From the sequence record DRR378314_211: DNA of 40,202 bases; one strand, given 5' to 3'. Position 1 is the stretch's first letter, and the number at the start of each line of letters is the position of its first letter. The translations under genes and the position numbers were made by a program. Shown in pieces: positions 1-6,995 of this stretch. The notes beneath the pieces are model-generated. The model did no database searches. It saw only the letters and a program-made list of their open reading frames with translations, and was not told the origin of the DNA.

Positions 1-243
1 TGAATGCGGGTCAAGCGAGGTCAGCATGCCATTGATGGCGGCTTTCATCGCGGCCTTTTCGTCAATCTCGGTCACATAGTCCTGACGGGCGCGGGCCAGT
101 ATTTCAGCGAACAGGTCCAGCTGCTGATACGTGATCATCCGTGGGTCTTCCGCGCGGTCTTCTGGCGACGCAAAGGCAGAGAACCCCACAGCTGCGCCAC
201 CCAATACGACACCGAGGGCAGCCCCCGTCAGTAGTGAACGCAT
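1..243 (-). CDS. ctpA: S41 family carboxyl-terminal processing protease (5' part only; runs off window)
   Basis: Not in the ORF track. Manual translation from ATG 243: MRSLLTGAALGVVLGGAAVGFSAFA...TYQQLDLFAEILARARQDYVTEIDEKAAMKAAINGMLTSLDPHS. AINGML..LDPHS is the CtpA N-terminal signature. GGAGGA RBS at 251-256; lies downstream of an envC-like gene. Confidence 0.9.
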   Translation of the reverse strand, partial: MRSLLTGAALGVVLGGAAVGFSAFASPEDRAEDPRMITYQQLDLFAEILARARQDYVTEIDEKAAMKAAINGMLTSLDPHS

Positions 244-270
244 ATTGAAGTCCTCCATAATCCTTTGACC

Positions 271-1485
271 TTAGCTCCGGCCTGGTAACCAGTCTGCCGG
301 ATTCATCACCTTGTCGCCAAGCCTTAATTCCATATTCAATTCGGGAACGGGGTCTGCGCGGTCGGGCATCCGGCCCACGGGCTCGCCTGCAGAAACGCCT
401 TGGCCTTCAGTGACATAGATCCGGCTCATACCTGTAAGAATAACATGGTAGCCGTCACTCGTCCGCAAAATTAACATTGATCCATACGTCCGGAACGGGC
501 GGGCATATTCCACTGTACCGCCTACAGGCGCGACGACTTGCGCATTGGCCCGCGTGGCGAAAGCCACCCATTCCGATTTTCCGCCAGTCGGCAGTTTTTC
601 TCCAAACGCCCTTGCCAGCTGCCCCGCGACTGGCGGCTTGAGCGCGCCCAACACTGCCTTCCCAAGCGGTCGCGAAGAAGGTGAGCGCTGGATGGAAGAG
701 GAAGACTGGCGCGACGAAGGCGAGTTGGAGACGAGGCGTGGCCGCAATTCAGGTTTCACACCGGGCGCAGACGGGGCCTGAGCCTCGAGCGACTCCAGCA
801 GGGATCGCAGATCCTGCTCCTTCGCGCCGATTTCCGCCGCCCGGGCCTTCAGCGCAGCGATGTCTCCGGACAAGTCTTCGAAATTGCCGCGCTTGGCTGC
901 GGCCAGCCGCTCGATCTCGACCTGCTTCAGCGCGAGGGTGGCCTCCGCTGCTTCCAGTCTCGCCTTTTCGCCCCGGATACGCCGCTCCAGTTCGTTCAGC
1001 CATTCGATTTCGGTTGCTAGTTCTTCTGATTGGGAGGCAAGACGCGGCGTCGTTTCGCTCATCAGAATCGCACGGCGCACAGCGGTATTTGCCTTATTGG
1101 GGGATACAATCAGCGCAGGTGGCTTGCGCCTGTTCGATGCGGCGAGCGCGGCAAGCAGGTCTTCAAGTGCCTGCCGGTTCTCAAGCAATTTCATTTGCGC
1201 CGACACACGCCGCGTCCCGAGATCGATCAGGGATTTTTCGGCACTCGAAGCCTGTTCTTCCCGGCGCTGGGATTCCATTGCCGCCGCGATCAGTTGCGTA
1301 TCAATATTCTTGATGTCGCTGAGGGCTGTCTCGCCAGCGCTTTCGAGCGCCTCCAGCTTGCGCTCTGCCGCAACGCGCTCAGCTTCCAGCGCGTCGAGCT
1401 CTTCACGCGAAAACGTCTCCGGCATCGCCGCCGTCAGGGCGAACGCAGAAAACAGGAACACAAGAGACCGGCACGTCGCGCGCAT
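271..1485 (-). CDS. envC: Murein hydrolase activator EnvC family (coiled coil + degenerate LytM/M23 domain)
   Basis: Signal peptide from ATG 1485 (MRATCRSLVFLFSAFALTAA), long coiled coil, C-terminal M23 fold (PPVAGQL...VVAPVGGTVEYA...YGSMLIL...VGRM...ELR...NPADWL) lacking the Zn-binding His motifs; precedes ctpA. Confidence 0.85.
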   Translation of the reverse strand: MRATCRSLVFLFSAFALTAAMPETFSREELDALEAERVAAERKLEALESAGETALSDIKNIDTQLIAAAMESQRREEQASSAEKSLIDLGTRRVSAQMKLLENRQALEDLLAALAASNRRKPPALIVSPNKANTAVRRAILMSETTPRLASQSEELATEIEWLNELERRIRGEKARLEAAEATLALKQVEIERLAAAKRGNFEDLSGDIAALKARAAEIGAKEQDLRSLLESLEAQAPSAPGVKPELRPRLVSNSPSSRQSSSSIQRSPSSRPLGKAVLGALKPPVAGQLARAFGEKLPTGGKSEWVAFATRANAQVVAPVGGTVEYARPFRTYGSMLILRTSDGYHVILTGMSRIYVTEGQGVSAGEPVGRMPDRADPVPELNMELRLGDKVMNPADWLPGRS

Positions 1486-1519
1486 CCTGCCCTTATCGCA
1501 GCTGGTCATGACTTCAATA

Positions 1520-2050
1520 TTAACCAAGTTGCCTCAACGCTGCCTCGATTGCTGTCAGCTCATCCGACACCAAAGCGCAATGGACGGCGCAGTCAGATGG
1601 ATCAAAGGCTGGCGCAACTTCCAGGAAATGCCGGATCAGGATCACGCAAGTGTTCGCGTCTCTCACGATAGACGCCGCGCGGTCCCCCGCCCCGCCGTGA
1701 AGCACATCATTTCGATAGGCCGCCAATCTCAAGACCGCTTCGATCTGGCGCGCCGTTGCCGGCAATTGTTCCGGCGGCAGCAGAAACTCGTCAGAGCGGG
1801 CGCGGCGCAGCAACAGTTTCAAGGGCGCCACCTTCGTCGGCGACTTCAGGTCCAGCGTATCGACATCACCTGCCGTTTCATAGGCTGACAGCGCAGCGAT
1901 GGCTGCGCATTTGAGCGCAGTAACCAAACCGACGCTCACCCAACGCCAGCGCTCCGGGTCGCGCTCGACCTCGGCCACCTCCCGCCTCGCCAGTTTCAGC
2001 GCCTCCAAGGCACCTGCCAGAGCTGGCGTGATCTTGTCAGCAGCCGCCAC
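1520..2050 (-). CDS. Hypothetical all-helical protein, HEPN-like (RNDVLH motif)
   Basis: 176-aa ORF with a GTG start filling the gap between the M28 peptidase and envC; helical pattern; L-x3-RN-x3-H near the C-terminus. Confidence 0.65.
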   Translation of the reverse strand: MAAADKITPALAGALEALKLARREVAEVERDPERWRWVSVGLVTALKCAAIAALSAYETAGDVDTLDLKSPTKVAPLKLLLRRARSDEFLLPPEQLPATARQIEAVLRLAAYRNDVLHGGAGDRAASIVRDANTCVILIRHFLEVAPAFDPSDCAVHCALVSDELTAIEAALRQLG

Positions 2051-2059
2051 GCGAGGCGC

Positions 2060-3484
2060 CTATTCTGTGCCCACCGGGCTCATCGGCTCATTTCGGAAAT
2101 TCCAGCCTGTGTCGGCTGCGATATAGGTGAACGCCGCGTACACAGCCACGTTCTGGCGGAACTCCTCGGCGTCGATCTTGTCGAATGTGTCGTCTGGCGT
2201 GTGGTGATAGTCGAAATAGTCACGGCCGTCCTGACCGGGCGTTACGACTGGCACCCCTGCCCGGCGCAACACGCCGATGTCCGGCCCGCCACCAGCGGCA
2301 TTGTCACCTGGCGAAACACCCAGAGGCATCAGAACCTCTTTCATGATCGCCGCATAGGGCAAAGCAGAGTCGCCAAAATTCGTCTGGAACCGCCAGATGC
2401 GCCCTGCCCCGAAGTCGCTTTCAGCTGCCAGTACGTGCAGGTCGAGCTCCTCAGCATGCTGGCGGGCATATGCCGCGCCGCCGAACAGGCCGACCTCTTC
2501 GGAACCATAGAGAACCACACGGATCGTACGGCGCGGTCTGGTCGGCAGATCCGCGATCAACTTTGCCGCACCAACAACGATGCCGCATCCGGCCCCATCG
2601 TCCAGTGCACCTGTGCCCAGATCCCAGCTATCGAGGTGGCAGCCGATCAGGACGATCTCGTCTTTCAGGTCCGTTCCTTCGATTTCCGCAATTACATTTC
2701 CTGATGGCGCGGCATCGGCATACTCCACCCCGATATCCAGATTCACCGAGACAGGCCCCCGCGCGAGCAAGCGGGTCAGCTGGTCTGCATCCGGCGCGGA
2801 AAGCGCGGCTGCCGGTAGATCGCCAAGCGCGCCCTCGCGTGACATGCCGCCGGTATGAGGCATGCGACGCGGCTGGGTTCCGACAGACCGGATAAGACAA
2901 GCCACACCGCCCTTCTCAGCCGCAGCCTTCGCGCAACCGCTGCGCTTGCGCACGGCCAGTCCATAGCCCGCACCATTCTGCGTTTTGTACATGTGCTCGT
3001 CTATGAACGCGATCTTGCCCGCGATGGCGGCGGGGTCAGCCGCCTGCAGCTCCGCGAGCGATTCAAAACGTACAAGCTCCGCTTCCAGTCCGCCCTGCGG
3101 CGTCGCGCGGCTGCCGCCCAAGGCCGTGATAACAAGATCCTGCGCATTTGGCCCGGTAACGCGCGCACTTTCCCGCGTCCGCGCCCAGTATGGAATGGTG
3201 AAGTCTTCCACGCGCACAGCGTCAAAGCCCAATTCCTTGAGTTCATTGATCGACCAGACACGCGCCCGTGCCTCATCAGGCGACCCAGCGAGCCTGGCGC
3301 CGATCTCCGTGGTCAGATGCTCGACGAATTTCAGGCCAACATCATCCTGAAGGCCGGCATCGATCAGGCCTTGCGTGGTCGCGGCAATGTCTTCCGGAAG
3401 CGCAACGTCCTGCGCCAGTGATGCCTGCCCACACAGTATCCACGCGCTCGCAAGCACACTCGCAATTGCCCTGCGGTTCTTCAT
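2060..3484 (-). CDS. Secreted M28 family metallopeptidase (carboxypeptidase Q-like, PA domain)
   Basis: Start ATG 3484 with AGGAGG RBS and a signal peptide; Zn motifs GCHLDSWD, DDGAG, SEEVG, ESD, YHHT. Confidence 0.9.
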   Translation of the reverse strand: MKNRRAIASVLASAWILCGQASLAQDVALPEDIAATTQGLIDAGLQDDVGLKFVEHLTTEIGARLAGSPDEARARVWSINELKELGFDAVRVEDFTIPYWARTRESARVTGPNAQDLVITALGGSRATPQGGLEAELVRFESLAELQAADPAAIAGKIAFIDEHMYKTQNGAGYGLAVRKRSGCAKAAAEKGGVACLIRSVGTQPRRMPHTGGMSREGALGDLPAAALSAPDADQLTRLLARGPVSVNLDIGVEYADAAPSGNVIAEIEGTDLKDEIVLIGCHLDSWDLGTGALDDGAGCGIVVGAAKLIADLPTRPRRTIRVVLYGSEEVGLFGGAAYARQHAEELDLHVLAAESDFGAGRIWRFQTNFGDSALPYAAIMKEVLMPLGVSPGDNAAGGGPDIGVLRRAGVPVVTPGQDGRDYFDYHHTPDDTFDKIDAEEFRQNVAVYAAFTYIAADTGWNFRNEPMSPVGTE

Positions 3485-3554
3485 CGCTTTCCTCCTGCCA
3501 GTCCCATGTCGCATGAAGCTTACAAGGCAAGACGGCGCGATGAACACCCCTCTC

Positions 3555-4157
3555 CTAGAGTTGGGCTGCAATATGCAGCACGATCTCCATGGCGGGCCGG
3601 TCCTTGTAACTCTCTTCGCGCAGAACAGCGCGGACCGAGCGATCGGTGTCCACGAAGAAGATCGCCGGGTGCGGCACGCCATAGTAGCGAGAGCCGGGAG
3701 TCATTTCCTCATTGAGGAGGTTGAAGCCCTTGATGGCCTGAGACTCCGGATCGGATGCGAATTCATAAGAAAGGCCATGCTTTTCCGAGAACTCAGCCAG
3801 CAACTCGGAATCATCATAGGAAACTGCCACGAGCGGCCATCCGAGCTCAGACAATTCTCCTGCAATTTCGTCGATCTGCTTCAGTTGTTTCTGGCAATAG
3901 GGACACCAGTCTACCGACCGGACAAGCACAATTGCGGCGCCCTTCTCCCCCATCAGTTCAGGCAGGTCAGCAATAGCCCCGTTCGTGCGAACCAGTTCGA
4001 CATAGGGCACAGTCTGGCCGATGGCCAGGCCAACATCCGGCGTGGGGATGGCAGGCGCAGTCGCGCTTTCCTCTGCGCGCATCTCGACAGTTTCGCGCGC
4101 GCTTGCGGGTAAGGCGGTCAAAGCGATTGCGAGGCTGGGCAGAATTGTACGGATCAT
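3555..4157 (-). CDS. Exported peroxiredoxin-like / redoxin (AhpC/TSA fold)
   Basis: Start ATG 4157 with AGGAGA RBS; signal peptide; RSVDWCPYC (CxxC), VAVSYD, SDPES, PHPAIFFVD. Confidence 0.8.
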   Translation of the reverse strand: MIRTILPSLAIALTALPASARETVEMRAEESATAPAIPTPDVGLAIGQTVPYVELVRTNGAIADLPELMGEKGAAIVLVRSVDWCPYCQKQLKQIDEIAGELSELGWPLVAVSYDDSELLAEFSEKHGLSYEFASDPESQAIKGFNLLNEEMTPGSRYYGVPHPAIFFVDTDRSVRAVLREESYKDRPAMEIVLHIAAQL

Positions 4158-4243
4158 GGGTCGTCTCCTGAAATCTCCGATGAGGCTTAAGCGCCCGGAA
4201 CGTCGCTGGCGAGACGAAATGCCCACACCTCACAGAGGCTTGA

Positions 4244-4790
4244 TCAGGCGTGAGCGCGACGCGCCCGCCACTCATCGGCCGTTTGTCCGTAGACATCCCA
4301 CATCATGCCTTCGAAAGGTGGTGGAGTCTTTTCCTTGCGCAGATACCGGCTGCCAAGGCGTTCTGCCACGCGGATGGAGCCCACATTCTCCGGCAGGATT
4401 GTGTGAATGATCTCGGTCCAACCGAGGATATCGACCACATAGTCCATCGCAGCCGACGCGCCCTCAGTGGCGTAGCCCTTCCCCCAGGCCGAGCGCGCAA
4501 GCCCCCAGCCAATCTCGGTACCGGGCCATCCAGCCGGACGCCACGGCCCAAGCCTGCCAACCCATGCACCTGTCGACTTCTCGATCACAGAGAACATGGA
4601 GAATCCTTCGATCGTCCACGCGCCCGCCATGCCGCAGACAGACCGCCAGGTCAGTTCAGGCCCCCTGAACTCCGCCGAGGTGCGCCATGACTTCTGGATC
4701 GGAATGAAAGGCATTCCAGGCGGGTAGATCTTCTTTGGCCGGAGGTCGCAGGACGAGACGTTCCGTCTCCAGGATTGGACCAATCGCCAT
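4244..4790 (-). pseudogene. RimJ/RimL-type GNAT acetyltransferase interrupted by a +1 frameshift (or sequencing error)
   Basis: ATG 4790 (GGAGA RBS) reads MAIGPILETERLVLRPP...SDPEVMAHLGGVQGA* (TGA at 4656-4658). The rest (GPELTWRS...EIGWGL..SAWGKGYATEG...N..S.RVAERLG) is in another frame. Removing one C from the C5 run at 4661-4665 gives an intact 181-aa protein. Confidence 0.85.
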
Positions 4791-4815
4791 GACAATCTCC
4801 CTTTGCGGCACAATG

Positions 4816-4844
4816 AAAAAAGCCCCGCCTTACGGGCGGGGCTT
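4816..4844 (-). terminator. Rho-independent terminator of yccA/BI-1
   Basis: Minus strand AAGCCCCGCC-CGTAA-GGCGGGGCTTTTTT, about 27 nt after the stop. Confidence 0.85.
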
Positions 4845-4870
4845 CATCTAAATGCGTTACGCCGATCTGA

Positions 4871-5617
4871 CTAGTCGCGGCCCGACATGATGGCGAGCAG
4901 GAACTGGAACATGTTCACGAAATCCAGGTACAGGCTGAGTGCACCGAAAGTGGTGGCAACGGCCATTGCGCGGGCATTGCCGGCAATCTGGAAGTACATG
5001 TTCTTCAGGCGTTGCGTGTCGTAGGCGGTGAGGCCAGCAAATACGAGCAGACCGACCACGGAAATCACCATGTGGAACATGCTCGACTTGAAGATGAACA
5101 TGTTCAGGACCGACGCCACGATCACGCCAATGACGCCCATGATCAGGAATACGCCGAGTCCGGATAGGTCACGCTTGGTTGTGTAGCCGTAGAGCGACAA
5201 GCCCCCGAACGCGATGGCCGTGGTCAGGAAAGCCTTTGACACGATCAACATGCCGTCTGGCTGGCGTGCGTAAACATAGACGATAGCGCCCATGCCGACA
5301 CCAATCAGCGAGACGACCGACCAGTAGACGAGATTGGCCGCCGTCGGCGACGGATTCTTCATCACAAAGCCGGACAGAAGCAGGATTGCCAGCGGGGCAA
5401 ACATGATGACAAGGCCGATCGGCCCGGTCAGAAGTGTGAGGGTGACGCTTTCCGGTACGAGCGCACCGAAGGCATAGGCCAGCGCCGCAGTCAGCAGCAG
5501 GCCGAGCGCCATCTTGTTGTAGACGCCCAGCATGAAGCTGCGCAGGCCCTCATTGACCGACATGTCCATCGTCTGGCCAGTCGGCCCCGGCGAATAGGCA
5601 CGATTAAAGTCATTCAT
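4871..5617 (-). CDS. Bax inhibitor-1/YccA family membrane protein
   Basis: About 7 TM helices; GLRSFMLGVYNKM, YGYTTKRDLS, GLTAYDTQRLK, GALSLYLDFVNMF signatures. Confidence 0.92.
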   Translation of the reverse strand: MNDFNRAYSPGPTGQTMDMSVNEGLRSFMLGVYNKMALGLLLTAALAYAFGALVPESVTLTLLTGPIGLVIMFAPLAILLLSGFVMKNPSPTAANLVYWSVVSLIGVGMGAIVYVYARQPDGMLIVSKAFLTTAIAFGGLSLYGYTTKRDLSGLGVFLIMGVIGVIVASVLNMFIFKSSMFHMVISVVGLLVFAGLTAYDTQRLKNMYFQIAGNARAMAVATTFGALSLYLDFVNMFQFLLAIMSGRD

Positions 5618-5674
5618 AGGTAGATTACCCTTTCTGTGTGATCGGCGGGGATTTCCCCGCCAAACTTACTGTGA

Positions 5675-5703
5675 ATATGGGTGAGACCAGCGATTTTCGC
5701 AAG
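5675..5703 (-). promoter_or_regulatory. RpoH (sigma32)-type promoter for yccA/BI-1
   Basis: Minus strand CTTG-N18-CCCATAT, matching the alphaproteobacterial RpoH consensus (CTTG..N17-18..CC(C/T)ATAT), about 58 nt upstream of the ATG. Confidence 0.6.
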
Positions 5704-5885
5704 CTGAACCGGTAGATGACCCGAACGGGCTTTTCAGGCCTGCAAAGTCCCACCACACATCAAAAGGCCAGCGTAATTGGCAGAAACTGCTAGTAATTGA
5801 TACTGTTTGATTGATTTCCGCCTAATCAAAGCTTCAAACGAGTAGTATTCGCTATTTAGTGCTGCTCTCAACTTCGTGTTGTCCA

Positions 5886-5912
5886 TTGACTTGGTTTTGA
5901 CCAAGGTTAATT
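5886..5912 (+). promoter_or_regulatory. Putative promoter of the DUF2853 gene with an overlapping palindromic operator
   Basis: TTGACT at 5886-5891 overlaps the perfect palindrome CTTGGT-TTTG-ACCAAG (5890-5905); AT-rich -10 region follows. Confidence 0.4.
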
Positions 5913-5967
5913 TTCGTGTTCTGGCGCATTTCCAACAGTGGGGGCGCTTAGAATGAAGGGGACGTAA

Positions 5968-6300
5968 ATGGCAGACGCATCAGAATATGCCGAAAATATC
6001 AAGAAATATGCGAACGGTTACAATCAGGCCGCCGCTGAAAAAATCGTGGGACGTTTGGGAATTGCTCTTCGCAATCGGGATAGCTCGATTGTGGCGTGCA
6101 GCGATTCTGGTGAACTGGACCGCATCCGGGAAAAGTGGTGCCGTGGCAAGCTGGGGCTGCCGCACACACAGGGCGAGTTGGACGACGCGATCAAGGCTGT
6201 TTGCGACAAGATGAGCGCTGAAGGCGGAAACAAATCCCGCGTCACGTTCTACTACCTGCTGGCCGAACATTTCGGCAAGCTGGACGCATTGGCCGGCTGA
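5968..6300 (+). CDS. DUF2853 family protein
   Basis: 110 aa; LGIALRNRDSSIVACSD..ELDRIRE....KLG and NKSRVTFYYLLA recognised as DUF2853; AAGGGG RBS. Confidence 0.75.
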   Translation: MADASEYAENIKKYANGYNQAAAEKIVGRLGIALRNRDSSIVACSDSGELDRIREKWCRGKLGLPHTQGELDDAIKAVCDKMSAEGGNKSRVTFYYLLAEHFGKLDALAG

Positions 6301-6325
6301 TACTGCCGACAATCAATCTTCCTGG

Positions 6326-6356
6326 AAGCCCGGCCCGCGCGCCGGGTTTTCTTTTT
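6326..6356 (+). terminator. Rho-independent terminator after DUF2853
   Basis: AAGCCCGGC-CCGCGC-GCCGGGTTT followed by TCTTTTT. Confidence 0.8.
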
Positions 6357-6381
6357 GCGCAGAACAGGCTTCAACCCAGTC

Positions 6382-6915
6382 ATGTATAGATTGTTTGCTG
6401 CCATTGCCGTCCCGGACCAGCTCCATCCCGGCTTGATGGAAACTCAGACCGGGCTTTCCGGCGCGAGCTGGCGACCGGAAGAAAATTTCCACATCACGCT
6501 CCGCTTTTTCGGAGACGTCTCGCATACGGACGCACGGGATCTCGACGAGCTGCTCGCCGCCATCTCTTGTCCGCCGTTTGAATTGTCCCTCGAAGGCATG
6601 GGCTGGTTTGGACGCCGGGAACCATCAGCGGTCTGGGCCCGTGTGCGAGAAAGTGATCCCTTGCGCGCGCTCTCTGCCAAGTGCGATCAGGCGGCACGGC
6701 GTCTCGGCCTGCCATTGGATCGTCGCCCGTTCACGCCCCACGTGACCCTTGCCTATCTGCACGGCACGCCACTGGACGAGACCCGCGCCTGGGTCGAACG
6801 CCACCACGCCTATCGCAGCGGATCCTTCTGGGTAGAAGGCTTCCACCTCTACTCCAGCCACATGGGCAACGGCCCCAGCCGATATGTCGCGGAAGCTGAC
6901 TACATACTGGAGTGA
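6382..6915 (+). CDS. thpR: RNA 2',3'-cyclic phosphodiesterase (2H phosphoesterase)
   Basis: MYRLFAAI start; two HxT motifs (NFHITLRFFG, FTPHVTLAY); F.LYSS...G..Y C-terminus. Confidence 0.9.
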   Translation: MYRLFAAIAVPDQLHPGLMETQTGLSGASWRPEENFHITLRFFGDVSHTDARDLDELLAAISCPPFELSLEGMGWFGRREPSAVWARVRESDPLRALSAKCDQAARRLGLPLDRRPFTPHVTLAYLHGTPLDETRAWVERHHAYRSGSFWVEGFHLYSSHMGNGPSRYVAEADYILE

Positions 6916-6958
6916 CCCTGCGTCGCAGCGACTGACATAGATTAGTGCAGCCAAGAAA

Positions 6959-6973
6959 GTTCCTGATATGTTC
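6959..6973 (+). promoter_or_regulatory. LexA (SOS) box, alphaproteobacterial type
   Basis: GTTC-CTGATAT-GTTC = GTTC-N7-GTTC, in an 80-bp intergenic gap, 22 nt upstream of the radical SAM ATG. Confidence 0.85.
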
Positions 6974-6995
6974 TCGTATCAACAGGAGCAGGATC

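Noticed and set aside
109-123. QLDLF pentapeptide in CtpA
   Set aside because: Internal helix of an exported protease; it cannot meet the cytoplasmic clamp, so this is a chance match.
3893-3910. Possible selenocysteine in the redoxin CxxC
   Set aside because: Both codons are ordinary Cys (TGT, TGC); there is no in-frame TGA.
4165-4220. Hammerhead-ribozyme-like string (CCGATGAG-GC-TTAA-GC...GAAA)
   Set aside because: The core is CCGAUGA, not CUGAUGA, and stem II is not followed directly by GAAA; the topology does not close.
5811-5829. FNR/FixK box
   Set aside because: TTGAT and ATCAA are separated by 9 nt rather than the required 4.
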